Positions 20,325-30,270 of a stretch of 64,000 nucleotides of DNA are shown here, piece after piece. Source of the stretch: Gemmatimonadota bacterium (lineage in GTDB: Bacteria; Gemmatimonadota; Gemmatimonadetes; Gemmatimonadales; Gemmatimonadaceae); assembly GCA_040389905.1 (NCBI GenBank), contig JAZJZK010000010.1:1-64000 (forward strand), read 5' to 3'. How positions within the stretch are numbered: the first letter of the stretch is position 1; each line of letters begins with the position of its first letter. The notes beneath the pieces are model-generated. The model ran no database searches and was not told the DNA's origin. It worked only from the letters and a program-made list of their open reading frames with translations. The position numbers were made by a program, and so were the translations under genes.

Positions 20325-20430
20325 TACGCCAGTTGGTTGCATTTTCCGCAATCGCCGCACGACCGATTACCATTCAGACGCCGCCGGCTACTCCGGCGGC
20401 GTTTCCACGCCACGCTAGGACTTGACCACA

Positions 20431-21303
20431 ATGGCTGCGTTCACCGCCAAGGACGTTTCCGAACTTCGCCAGCGCACAGGCGCCGGCATGATGGATTGCA
20501 AGAAGGCCCTCGAAGCCAACGACGGGAACGTCGAGCAGGCCATCGAATGGCTTCGCAAGAAGGGCATCGCACGCGCGGAATCACGCGCCGGGCGTGCCGC
20601 GTCCGAGGGGAAGATCGTCGCCGTGACCTCGGCTGATTCGAAGTCGGGCGCACTCGTCGAGCTCAACAGCGAGACGGACTTCGTCGCGCGCAATGAGTCG
20701 TTCGCGCAGACCGCGGAGAAGATCGCGGCCACGCTGCTCGAGGACGCGTCGCACGACGGCGTCGTCGCACCCGCCGAGGGCTCGGCGCTCATGGGCGTGA
20801 AGTTCGGCGAGGCCGAATCCCTGGCAGAGCACCTCAAGCACCTCACCGGAACCATCGGTGAGAACATCGTGCTGCGCCGCTACGCGCGCCTCACGGGCGA
20901 TGCGATTGGCTCGTATGTGCATCACAACGCCAAGGTTGCCGCAATGGTTGAAATCGCCGGCCTGCCGGGCGAAGCCGGCGAGCAGTTGGCCAAGACGATT
21001 GCCGAGCATGTTGCTGCTGGTGTACCGACCGTTCCGGTCGCCGTCAGCCGCGCGGATGTGCCCGCCGAGCTCGTCGATCGCGAGCGTCGCATCTTCTCGG
21101 AGCAGGCGGCCGCGAGCGGCAAGCCGGAGAACATCATCGCGAAGATGGTCGAAGGCCGCATCGACAAGTACTACAAGGAAGTCACGCTCGTCGATCAGCC
21201 GTGGGTTCGCGACGACAGCAAGACCATTGGCGACCTGTTGAAGGCCGCCGGTGCGGGCGTCTCGATTCGACGCTTTGCTCGGTTCCAGATGGGTCAGGAG
21301 TGA
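20431..21303 (+). CDS. tsf: Elongation factor Ts
   Basis: [31 protein letters not shown]. Confidence 0.98.
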   Translation: MAAFTAKDVSELRQRTGAGMMDCKKALEANDGNVEQAIEWLRKKGIARAESRAGRAASEGKIVAVTSADSKSGALVELNSETDFVARNESFAQTAEKIAATLLEDASHDGVVAPAEGSALMGVKFGEAESLAEHLKHLTGTIGENIVLRRYARLTGDAIGSYVHHNAKVAAMVEIAGLPGEAGEQLAKTIAEHVAAGVPTVPVAVSRADVPAELVDRERRIFSEQAAASGKPENIIAKMVEGRIDKYYKEVTLVDQPWVRDDSKTIGDLLKAAGAGVSIRRFARFQMGQE

Positions 21304-22025
21304 CCGCTCCCGTGGCCGACATCCGCTATCCGCGGGTTCTGCTCAAGATCTCCGGCGAAGCACTCGCCGGGGATCGCGGCCTCGGTTTCGACTTTCCGAC
21401 CATGTCCCGCATTGCCGACGAGATTCAGTCGGTCGTGGATACTGGTGCGTCGCTCGGCCTGGTGATCGGTGGCGGCAACATCGTCCGTGGCTCGCAGCTG
21501 TCCAAGATGGGCATGGACCGCGTGAGCGCGGACTACATGGGCATGCTTGGTACCGTCATCAACGCCCTCGCCGTGCAGGACATCCTCGAGCGGAAAGGGA
21601 TGGAAACCCGCGTCATGACGGCCATCCGGATGGAAGAGCTCGCAGAGCCCTACATTCGGCGCCGCGCGCTGGCACATCTCGAGAAGGGCCTCGTGGTGAT
21701 CTTTGCCGCGGGAACCGGAAATCCGTACTTTAGCACCGATACCGCTGCCGTCTTGCGCGCCATCCAGATCAAGGCACAAGTCATCATCAAGGCAACCAGC
21801 GTCGACGGCGTGTATTCCGCTGATCCGAAGCAGGATCCAAATGCGCGTTTCTACGATGAGATCAGCTATCGCGACGTGATGCTGGAGGAGCTCAAGGTGA
21901 TGGACCAGACCGCCGTGACGCTCTGCAAGGAAAACTCGCTACCATTGATCGTGCTGAACATCCACAAGCCGGGCGCCATTGCCGCAGCGGTTCGCGGTGA
22001 ACGCGTCGGTACCCTCGTCAAATAG
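21300..22025 (+). CDS. pyrH: UMP kinase
   Basis: [41 protein letters not shown] overlap with tsf. Confidence 0.97.
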   Translation: MTAPVADIRYPRVLLKISGEALAGDRGLGFDFPTMSRIADEIQSVVDTGASLGLVIGGGNIVRGSQLSKMGMDRVSADYMGMLGTVINALAVQDILERKGMETRVMTAIRMEELAEPYIRRRALAHLEKGLVVIFAAGTGNPYFSTDTAAVLRAIQIKAQVIIKATSVDGVYSADPKQDPNARFYDEISYRDVMLEELKVMDQTAVTLCKENSLPLIVLNIHKPGAIAAAVRGERVGTLVK

Positions 22026-22030
22026 GTCCG

Positions 22031-22585
22031 ATGAGCACAATCCCTCAGATCATGAAGGACTGCCGCACCTCGATGGAGAAGGGACTCGAGGCGGCGAAGC
22101 GCGAATTCTCGTCTGTGCGCTCAGGAAAGGCGACACCGAACATGCTCGACACGGTTCGCGTCGAGATGTACGGGCAGCAGATGGCACTCAACCAGGTAGC
22201 GAGCATTGCGGCGCCGGAGCCGCGCACGATCCTGGTAACGCCCTTCGACAAGAGTCAGGCGAAGGCCGTCGAGAAGGCGATTCGCGACTCCGACCTCGGC
22301 CTCGAACCGTCGTCGCAGGGTGGAGTGATTCGCGTTCCCTTGCCGCAGATGAACGAGCAGCGGCGCAAGGATCTCGTGAAGATCGTCCACAAGCTCGCAG
22401 AGGATGGCAAGATCGCCGTGCGACACGCACGCACACATGCGCGCGACGCGTTGAAGAAGCTGACTGGCGTCAGCGAGGACGACGTGAAGCACGCGGAGAA
22501 GGATCTTCAGAAGGTGCACGACGATTTTATCGGAAAGATCGACCAGATGATCAAGGCCAAAGAGGCCGAGATCATGGAAGTCTGA
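22031..22585 (+). CDS. frr: Ribosome recycling factor
   Basis: VRSGKA, YG...L.Q.A, P...E.RRKDLVK. Confidence 0.97.
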   Translation: MSTIPQIMKDCRTSMEKGLEAAKREFSSVRSGKATPNMLDTVRVEMYGQQMALNQVASIAAPEPRTILVTPFDKSQAKAVEKAIRDSDLGLEPSSQGGVIRVPLPQMNEQRRKDLVKIVHKLAEDGKIAVRHARTHARDALKKLTGVSEDDVKHAEKDLQKVHDDFIGKIDQMIKAKEAEIMEV

Positions 22586-22616
22586 CGCCAGTCGTCCTTC
22601 TGCTTCCGGCGGGCGT

Positions 22617-23525
22617 ATGAGCGAGCTCGCACTTCGCATCCTCGTTTCCGTGGTCGCGGCCCCGCTGGCACTTTGGATTGTGCTGGCGGGTGGCGCACCG
22701 CTCGCGGCGCTGCTCGCCATGGTCTCCGCCGTCGGGGCGTGGGAATTCTTTCGCATCGCGCGGAAGAGTGGCGCGTTGCCACTCGACGACGCAGGCATTG
22801 CACTCGCCGGCATCCTGCCGCTCGTCGTCCATGCGCACTATCTCGGCGTCGTCACCGTTCGGCCAGCCGTCGGCGCGCTCGCGGCGCTGGCAATCCTCGG
22901 CGCCACGATCTGGCTTCGCGGCGTGCATGGTAAGCCACTCGGTGCCGCCGCGATGACGATCTTTGGCATTCTGTACACGGGCGGCATGCTCGCGTTCGGA
23001 TACGCCATTCGCTACCACGATATTGTCGCCGGATATGACACGGTCGGGGCGAAACGCCTCGTTATGGGCGGCGTTGCGCTCGGCATTCCGCCCGGTGGCG
23101 CGTTGCTCGTGTTTCCCCTCCTCGTCACGTGGGCGTCCGATATCGGCGCGTTCTTCGTGGGCCGAACGATTGGTGGTCGCAAGCTCATTCCGTCGGTCAG
23201 TCCTGGGAAAACGGTATCCGGCGCCATCGGCGGCCTCGTGGCGAGCATGCTGGTCGCCTACGTCTATGCGCGCGGCGTTCTCGTGCCCGTCGCGCACCTC
23301 GGGTTTACCCCGACGGGAGCGCTGCTCTTCGGTGGACTCATCAGCGTGGCGGCGCAAATCGGCGACTTGTTCGAGTCACTCATGAAACGTGAGGGCAACG
23401 TCAAGGACAGCTCACGGATCATCCCGGGCCATGGTGGTGTGCTCGATCGGTTCGACAGCCTGATCTTCGTCATGCCGGTGGCGTACCTCTTGTTGAGTTG
23501 GCTCCCGTTCCCTGTGTTCAGGTGA
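22617..23525 (+). CDS. cdsA: Phosphatidate cytidylyltransferase
   Basis: SPGKT, GDLFESLMKR..NVKDS..IPGHGGVLDRFDS. Confidence 0.95.
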   Translation: MSELALRILVSVVAAPLALWIVLAGGAPLAALLAMVSAVGAWEFFRIARKSGALPLDDAGIALAGILPLVVHAHYLGVVTVRPAVGALAALAILGATIWLRGVHGKPLGAAAMTIFGILYTGGMLAFGYAIRYHDIVAGYDTVGAKRLVMGGVALGIPPGGALLVFPLLVTWASDIGAFFVGRTIGGRKLIPSVSPGKTVSGAIGGLVASMLVAYVYARGVLVPVAHLGFTPTGALLFGGLISVAAQIGDLFESLMKREGNVKDSSRIIPGHGGVLDRFDSLIFVMPVAYLLLSWLPFPVFR

Positions 23526-24652
23526 CGGTGCGTGGAGTCACTATCCTCGGATCGACCGGGTCGATCGGCACCACCGCTCTTCGCGTGCTGGACCGGCATC
23601 GCGATCGCTTTCGCGTTGCCGGCCTGACCGCATTCACGAACGCGCAGCTTCTCGGCCAGCAAGTCGCGACTTTCTCGCCGGACTATGTGGGTCTCGTGCA
23701 AGGAGACGCCGCCGAGCCGGGATGGTGCACTGGCCCATCGTGCCTCACCGGCGCGGCATCGCAGACGGGAGTCGACATCGTCCTCAACGCGATCGTCGGC
23801 GCAGCCGGTCTGAGCGCCACGCTCGTCGCTCTTGAAGCGGGGAAGCGCGTGGCGCTCGCCAACAAGGAGTCGCTCGTCATGGGCGGCGACCTCGTTCTCG
23901 ACGCCGCTCGCCGAGGCCGCGGGGAGTTGGTCCCCGTCGACAGCGAGCACAGCGCCATCCTTCAATGTCTCGCCGGCCGAACCGGAGCCGATATTCGGCG
24001 CCTCATCATCACCGCGTCTGGGGGGCCGTTCCGGTCCTGGACGCGCGGTCAGCTGGATGACGCAACGCTCGCCGATGCGCTGAAACACCCGACCTGGCAG
24101 ATGGGACGTAAGATCACCGTGGACAGCGCAACGCTGGCGAACAAGGCGCTCGAGGTGATCGAGGCGCACTACCTGTTCGGTGTGCCCTATGATCGCATCG
24201 AAGTCGTCGTGCATCCCCAGAGCGTCGTGCACTCGTTCGTCGAGTTCGTCGACGGCAGCGTTCTCGCCCAGCTTGGCGTGCCGAGCATGGAGCTTCCGAT
24301 CCTCTTCGCGCTGACGCATCCGGACCGCGTGCCCGACAACGGGGTACCACGATTCGACCCGGTTTCCATGACGCCACTGAGCTTCGAGTCCGTGCGGCAC
24401 GACGCCTTTCCGGCATTGGAACTCGGCGTTGCCGCCGGTCGTAGGGGAGGGGCCGCGCCAGCCATCTTCAATGCGGCCAACGAACAGGCGGTGTCGCTCT
24501 TTCTGGAAGGCGCTATACAATTCGGTGATATCGCGCGCGCGATCGAGAGCGCGCTGGGCCATCTCGGTGCCTCACCGGGTGGGTCGATCGATGCCGTACT
24601 TTCAGCTGACGCGCTCGCGCGGCGGCACGTGCAGGAGTTGTTTCGATGCTAG
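23522..24652 (+). CDS. dxr: 1-deoxy-D-xylulose-5-phosphate reductoisomerase
   Basis: ILGSTGSIG, LANKESLV, PVDSEHSA, HPTW.MG.KITVDSAT. Confidence 0.97.
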   Translation: MTVRGVTILGSTGSIGTTALRVLDRHRDRFRVAGLTAFTNAQLLGQQVATFSPDYVGLVQGDAAEPGWCTGPSCLTGAASQTGVDIVLNAIVGAAGLSATLVALEAGKRVALANKESLVMGGDLVLDAARRGRGELVPVDSEHSAILQCLAGRTGADIRRLIITASGGPFRSWTRGQLDDATLADALKHPTWQMGRKITVDSATLANKALEVIEAHYLFGVPYDRIEVVVHPQSVVHSFVEFVDGSVLAQLGVPSMELPILFALTHPDRVPDNGVPRFDPVSMTPLSFESVRHDAFPALELGVAAGRRGGAAPAIFNAANEQAVSLFLEGAIQFGDIARAIESALGHLGASPGGSIDAVLSADALARRHVQELFRC

Positions 24653-26073
24653 CCTATATCGCGCCGATCGTCGTTTTCGGCCTCGTCATCTTCGTCCACG
24701 AACTTGGCCACTTCATCGCGGCCAAGCTGATGGGCGTGTACGCGCCGCGATTCTCGATCGGCTTCGGGCCCGCGCTCATTCGGACGCGTCGTGGCGAGAC
24801 CGAGTACGTCCTCGCGGCGCTTCCGCTTGGCGGATACGTGCGCATGGCATCACGTCACGACGCGGAGACGGCGTTCCTCGAAGGGGGCAACGAGGAGTCG
24901 GGTGGTTTGAAGCCCGGAGACTCCGGCTACGATCCCGAGGCGATGGCGCCATTCGGTCCGAAGCCGGTACCGGAGAATCGCTGGTTCGAATCAAAGAGCC
25001 TCGCGGCGCGTCTGTTCATCATGATCGCCGGCGTCACGATGAACGTGATTCTCGCCTTCCTCGTGCTCACGATTCTCGGCCTCAAGTACGGCGAAGCGGT
25101 CATCGGAACGCGAGTGGTGGGCGCCGTCCACGCGCCAGCAACCGCTCCAGCTCTCGCCGCATTACAAGCAGGCGACACGATCACCGCGGTGAATGGCAAG
25201 CCTGTTCGGCACTGGAACCAGATCCGCGAGCTCATCGACGGCTCTCCCGCCGGCACGGTGACGATCACGACCAATCGCGGGGAGATTGCGGTCCCAGTGG
25301 GCGGCGTCAACCAGCCGGCCGCTGAGGATGTCGGCGCGGCGATCGACTTCTTCATCCCGCCGGTGATCGGCGATCTCGTCCCCGGGAGCGCCGCGGTGCG
25401 CGCCGGCATTCGTGCCGGCGACACGATTGTGACGATCAACCAGGTGCCCGTCCGTAGCTGGTCGAACCTTCAGGAGATCGTGACGCCGTCGGCGGGGAAA
25501 GAGCTGCCCTTCGAGGTCAGGCGCGCCGGGAAGCTGCGTTCGTTCATCGTGAAGCCGGAAGCCGTCCAGCAGAAGGATCCGGTGACCAAGGCAATGGGCG
25601 CGGTGGGGAAGATCGGCGCGACGCCGGCCGATTTCAGCACGCGTGAGCCGCTCGCGTTCGGCGCCGCGCTTCAGGAAGGGGCGCGTCAGACCTGGTTCAG
25701 CGCGACGAAGATCGTCGATGTCGTTCGCGGCCTGCTCACGCGGGAGGTCTCGGTGCGTCAGCTTGGCGGGCCCATCGCCATCACGCGCGCCTCCGTGGCT
25801 GCGGCGCAGAGCGGACTCGAGAGCCTCCTGTACCTGATCGCGCTGTTGAGCGTGAACGTCGCCGTGTTGAATCTGCTTCCGATTCCGATTCTCGACGGCG
25901 GTCAGATCCTGATCAACATTGCCGAGTCGATGAAGGGCAGCCCGTTCAGCTCGAAGACCCGCGAATACATCCTGCGTTTCGGGTTGGTGGCGATTCTCCT
26001 GATCTTCGCGATGTCGACGTTCAACGATGTCAGTAACGGCATCAAGGACATGGTGGCGAAGCTGTTTGGCTGA
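24646..26073 (+). CDS. rseP: RIP metalloprotease RseP (two PDZ domains)
   Basis: HELGH, PLGGYV, NLLPIPILDGG. Confidence 0.96.
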   Translation: MLAYIAPIVVFGLVIFVHELGHFIAAKLMGVYAPRFSIGFGPALIRTRRGETEYVLAALPLGGYVRMASRHDAETAFLEGGNEESGGLKPGDSGYDPEAMAPFGPKPVPENRWFESKSLAARLFIMIAGVTMNVILAFLVLTILGLKYGEAVIGTRVVGAVHAPATAPALAALQAGDTITAVNGKPVRHWNQIRELIDGSPAGTVTITTNRGEIAVPVGGVNQPAAEDVGAAIDFFIPPVIGDLVPGSAAVRAGIRAGDTIVTINQVPVRSWSNLQEIVTPSAGKELPFEVRRAGKLRSFIVKPEAVQQKDPVTKAMGAVGKIGATPADFSTREPLAFGAALQEGARQTWFSATKIVDVVRGLLTREVSVRQLGGPIAITRASVAAAQSGLESLLYLIALLSVNVAVLNLLPIPILDGGQILINIAESMKGSPFSSKTREYILRFGLVAILLIFAMSTFNDVSNGIKDMVAKLFG

Positions 26074-26125
26074 GAGTGCGGCTCGCCCGGCAACGTGAAT
26101 CGACAGTGAGAGACGTTACGTGTTG

Positions 26126-26217
26126 AGGAGCGGATTGAACGGAAGAACCGGAAACAGCACGGACTTTCAAGAAAGAAGGATCGGGTAGTTTCCGTTGCAT
26201 CCGTCAGATCCGCTCCT
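26126..26217. repeat. Inverted-repeat element with 9-bp-periodic CGGA units
   Basis: AGGAGCGGATTGAACGGAAGAACCGGAAAC ... GTTTCCGTTGCATCCGTCAGATCCGCTCCT. Confidence 0.7.
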
Positions 26218-26227
26218 GAATTCGTGT

Positions 26228-26277
26228 GAGTGTGGATGCGTGGTCCGGCCTGCTCGGACCGGAACCCCTTTACACTC
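26228..26277 (+). promoter_or_regulatory. Candidate rpsO leader hairpin
   Basis: Outer stem GAGTGT/ACACTC and inner stem GGTCCG/CGGACC upstream of rpsO. Confidence 0.4.
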
Positions 26278-26341
26278 CCCCTCAAATGGGCTAAGTTCCA
26301 AGGCTCAACCACTTTGCCTCGCTCTGGACACCGATAAGAAC

Positions 26342-26602
26342 ATGGCTTTCGATAACGCTCCGACGATCGAGAAGTACAAGCAGCACGAAACAGACACCGG
26401 CTCCGCCCGGGTTCAGGTCGCCCTCCTCACGGAGCGGATGAAGTACCTGAACGAGCATTTTCGGACGCACAAGAAGGACTACCACGGCATCCGAGGCCTG
26501 CTGAAGATGAACGGGACTCGTAAACGTCTGCTCAACTACATGAAGCGGACGGACATCGAAGGGTATCGTTCGATCATCAAGGAACTCGGTCTCCGGTACT
26601 AA
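26342..26602 (+). CDS. rpsO: 30S ribosomal protein S15
   Basis: DTGS..VQVALLT, HKKD...RGLLKM, LGLR; located upstream of pnp. Confidence 0.96.
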   Translation: MAFDNAPTIEKYKQHETDTGSARVQVALLTERMKYLNEHFRTHKKDYHGIRGLLKMNGTRKRLLNYMKRTDIEGYRSIIKELGLRY

Positions 26603-26618
26603 GCACGGCGAGTCACAC

Positions 26619-26653
26619 ACGCGCGGACGCATTCTTGCGGGCCGCGCGTTTTG
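26619..26653 (+). terminator. Hairpin/terminator between rpsO and pnp
   Basis: ACGCGCGG...CCGCGCGT followed by a T-rich tract. Confidence 0.55.
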
Positions 26654-26739
26654 TATTTCACGCAGTCTAATTCTGCACTTCACGAAGCGCGGGCCGGCAA
26701 TAGGGCCGGCCGCACAAGCGAGAGAAAAAAGGAAAACAC

Positions 26740-28929
26740 ATGCAACGCATTGAAAAGACGTTCGCGGGACGCAAGCTGGTCATCGAAACCGGACGTATGG
26801 CCAAACAAGCCGCCGGCTCGTGCCTGATCACCTACGGTGATACGATGGTCCTCGCGACCGTCACGGTGAGCGAGAACAAGAGTCCGCTCCCCTTCTTCCC
26901 GCTCACGGTCGAATACAAGGAAAAAACGTACGCCGCCGGCAAGATTCCGGGAGGCTTCATCAAGCGCGAAGGCCGCCCGGCCGATCACGAAATCCTTGCC
27001 TGCCGCATCATCGATCGCTCCATCCGGCCCCTCTTCCCGGAGGGATTCCAGAACGAAGTCCAGGTCTTCTGCTACGTCATCTCGGCGGACCAGGAGAACA
27101 AGGCCGACGTCCTCGCGCTGGTCGCAACGTCGTACGCGCTCAACGCCAGCCAGACCCCGTTCGGCGAGCCGATTGCCGGCGTCCGCGTCGGGCGCGTACA
27201 GGGCAACTGGGTGCTCAACCCCACGATGCAGCAGCTCGAGTACAGCGACATGGAACTCATCGTCGCCGGCTCGCAGGAATCCATCCTCATGGTCGAGGGC
27301 GGCGCGCTCGAAGTGAGCGAAGATGACGTCGTCGAGGCGATCACGGTCGCGCACGCCGGCATCAAGGAGCTCATCGGATACCAGGGCGAGCTGCTGAAGC
27401 TCGCCGGCGGCAAGGACAAGCTGAAGTGGGAGAAGGCCGCCACGACCGAGGGTCTCGTCGAGAAGGTGAAGGCGGCTGCCGACAAGAAGATCAGTGAGGC
27501 GCTGAACCAGAAGGACAAGCAGACGCGCGTCCAGGCGGTCGAGCTCGTGAAGAAGGAAGTCGCCGAGTCGTTCGCCGCAGATCTTCCTGACAATGCCAAG
27601 GAGATCAAGAACATCCTGGGCGATCTCGAATACAACGCGCTGCGGTCGCAGGTGTTGTCGACGAAGAAGCGCGTCGACGGCCGCGCGACGAATGAAGTTC
27701 GCGCAATCTCGATCGACACGGGCCTGCTGCCGCGCGCACACGGCTCAGCGCTCTTCACGCGTGGCCAGACGCAGGCGCTCGTCGCCGTCACGCTCGGCAC
27801 CGCGAATGATGTCCAGCGCCTCGACACGATCGACTCGCCCAGCGAGACGACGAAGTCGTTCATGCTGCACTACAATTTCCCCCCGTTCTCCACGGGTGAG
27901 GTTCGCCCAGTGCGCGGAACGTCGCGTCGCGAAATCGGACACGGCAATCTCGCCGAGCGTGCCCTGCAGGGCGTGCTGCCGGACTTTGCCGACTTCCCGT
28001 ATACGCTGCGTATCGTCTCCGAGATTCTCGAATCCAATGGTTCGAGCTCCATGGCGACGGTCTGCGGTGGTTCGCTCGCCATGATGGATGCGGGCATTCC
28101 GATTCGCGGCGCCGTTGCCGGCGTCGCAATGGGCTTGATCAAGGAAGGAAAGAAGTACGCGATCCTCACCGACATCCTCGGCACCGAAGATCATCTCGGC
28201 GACATGGACTTCAAGGTCGCGGGAACGGCGAATGGCATCACGTCGATCCAGATGGACATCAAGATCGAAGGCCTCGACCTTCAGATCATGAAGGAAGCGC
28301 TGGCACAGGCCAAGGAAGGCCGCCTGCACATCCTTGGAGAGATGAACAAGGCGTTGGCGTCGCAGCGCGAGGAGCTCAGCACCTACGCCCCACGCATCGT
28401 GACGATGATGATCAACCCCGAGAAGATCGGCGATCTGATCGGACCGAAGGGCAAGACGATTCGCGGTATCCAGGACGAGACGGGTGCAGAGCTCACCGTC
28501 GACGATACGGGTCTCGTCACCATCGCTGCCGTCGGCGGCGAGGCGATGCAGCGCGCACGCCAGATGGTGCAGGCGATCACGGCAGAGCCGGAAATCGGCG
28601 CGACGTACGAGGGCACCGTCAAGACGACCACCGCGTTCGGTGCATTCGTTGAGATCATGCCGGGCACGGAAGGCCTCGTGCACATCTCCGAGCTCAAGTG
28701 GGGCCGCACGGACAAGACCGAGGACGTCGTCAACAAGGGCGATCGCGTCACGGTCAAGCTGCTCGACCGCGATGAGCGCGGACGTCTGCGTCTCTCGATC
28801 AAGGCGTTGCAGCCGAAGCCGGAAGGCATGCCGGACGAGGAGCCGCGTCCACCGCGTCCTGAAGGCGATCGTCCGCCGCGTGAAGATCGGCCCCGCAGCG
28901 GTGGCGGTGGAGGCCGCGGCCGCCGCTAG
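26740..28929 (+). CDS. pnp: Polyribonucleotide nucleotidyltransferase (PNPase)
   Basis: AGKIPGGF.KREG, RREIGHG, SNGSSSMA, GDMDFKVAG; KH and S1 domains. Confidence 0.98.
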   Translation: MQRIEKTFAGRKLVIETGRMAKQAAGSCLITYGDTMVLATVTVSENKSPLPFFPLTVEYKEKTYAAGKIPGGFIKREGRPADHEILACRIIDRSIRPLFPEGFQNEVQVFCYVISADQENKADVLALVATSYALNASQTPFGEPIAGVRVGRVQGNWVLNPTMQQLEYSDMELIVAGSQESILMVEGGALEVSEDDVVEAITVAHAGIKELIGYQGELLKLAGGKDKLKWEKAATTEGLVEKVKAAADKKISEALNQKDKQTRVQAVELVKKEVAESFAADLPDNAKEIKNILGDLEYNALRSQVLSTKKRVDGRATNEVRAISIDTGLLPRAHGSALFTRGQTQALVAVTLGTANDVQRLDTIDSPSETTKSFMLHYNFPPFSTGEVRPVRGTSRREIGHGNLAERALQGVLPDFADFPYTLRIVSEILESNGSSSMATVCGGSLAMMDAGIPIRGAVAGVAMGLIKEGKKYAILTDILGTEDHLGDMDFKVAGTANGITSIQMDIKIEGLDLQIMKEALAQAKEGRLHILGEMNKALASQREELSTYAPRIVTMMINPEKIGDLIGPKGKTIRGIQDETGAELTVDDTGLVTIAAVGGEAMQRARQMVQAITAEPEIGATYEGTVKTTTAFGAFVEIMPGTEGLVHISELKWGRTDKTEDVVNKGDRVTVKLLDRDERGRLRLSIKALQPKPEGMPDEEPRPPRPEGDRPPREDRPRSGGGGGRGRR

Positions 28930-30194
28930 TGGCCAGGGGTGACACTCCGGCGGACGGATTCCGCCGGACCGTGCTTCCCAATGGACTGACCGTACTCTCG
29001 GAGCACATGCCGGGAGTGCGGTCGGTCGCGTTCGGGGCATGGGTTCGCGCCGCATCGCTGCATGAGTCACGCGAGAAGATGGGCGTCTCGCACCTGCTCG
29101 AGCACATGGTGTTCAAGGGCACGGCCAAGCGGTCGGCCAAGCAGATCGCGCTCGAGCTCGAGGCGCTGGGTGGTTCCCTGGACGCGTACACGTCGCGGGA
29201 GCACACGGTGTATCAGGCCCGCGTGCTCGATGAGCACCTCGATATCGCCGCCGACGTCATTGGCGATTTCGTTTTCAAGCCGCTCCTGCGAAAGAAGGAC
29301 CTCGACCTCGAGCGCAAGGTTGTGCTGGAAGAGATCGGCATGGTAGACGACACGCCGGATGATCTCGTCTTCGAGATGCACTCGGAGTCGCTGTGGGGGC
29401 AGCATCCCTATGGCTACTCGATTCTCGGAACGCGTGACACCGTGTCGGCGCTGCGCACCGACGACCTCAGGGAGTTGCATGCACGTGCCTACCATCCGTC
29501 GCAGTTGATCGTTGCCGCATCGGGGAATGTGCAGCACGATGCGCTGCTCGGGACACTCGAGCGGACGGGATGGGCGGACGACCGGCCGGGCGATGCAACA
29601 CGACTGGCGTTCCCGGTTGCCGTCGCCCAGCCGCCGGTGCGCAAGCATGTCTCCCGCGACGGTGCGCAAACGCATATCGTCGTCGGTAGTACGGCGGTGG
29701 CGCACGGGGATTCTCGCCGGCATGCGATGGTCCTGCTCAGCGTGCTGCTCGGCGGCGGGATGAGCTCGCGCCTCTTTCAACGGGTGCGCGAAGAGCTCGG
29801 TCTCGCCTACTCTGTTTCGACCTTTCAATCGTTTCATGCGGACATCGGCATCCACGGGGTGTACGTGGGGACGGGGCCAGAGACTGCGCGTCAAGCACTC
29901 GACGCCATCGATGCGGAGCTCGCGTCGGTCGCGGCCGACGGCCTCCCGGCTGACGAACTCGCGATGGGGAAGAGCCAGCTCAAGGGTCAAGTGACCTTGT
30001 CACTGGAAAGCGTCTCGGCGCGGATGTACCGGTGCGCGGGTGTCGAGTTGTACGGCGAGCCCTACCGCACACTCGATGAAATGCTCGCGCTCATCGACGG
30101 CGTCACAATGGAGCAGATCGCCGACGCGGCCGCGACCTTCTTTCCGCCTGAACGGCAGACAGTTGTGTCGCTCGGTCCAGGTGATGAGTTTTAA
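28929..30194 (+). CDS. M16 family (pitrilysin-like) peptidase
   Basis: HLLEH inverted zinc motif; GGGMSSRLFQRVREELGLAYSV. Confidence 0.93.
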   Translation: MARGDTPADGFRRTVLPNGLTVLSEHMPGVRSVAFGAWVRAASLHESREKMGVSHLLEHMVFKGTAKRSAKQIALELEALGGSLDAYTSREHTVYQARVLDEHLDIAADVIGDFVFKPLLRKKDLDLERKVVLEEIGMVDDTPDDLVFEMHSESLWGQHPYGYSILGTRDTVSALRTDDLRELHARAYHPSQLIVAASGNVQHDALLGTLERTGWADDRPGDATRLAFPVAVAQPPVRKHVSRDGAQTHIVVGSTAVAHGDSRRHAMVLLSVLLGGGMSSRLFQRVREELGLAYSVSTFQSFHADIGIHGVYVGTGPETARQALDAIDAELASVAADGLPADELAMGKSQLKGQVTLSLESVSARMYRCAGVELYGEPYRTLDEMLALIDGVTMEQIADAAATFFPPERQTVVSLGPGDEF

Positions 30195-30270
30195 GTCTTG
30201 AACTGCGCATCTGCACCTCGCGTAGTTTGTCCGCTCACTGTCCAAAATCACACGTAACCAAGTCCGCCCC

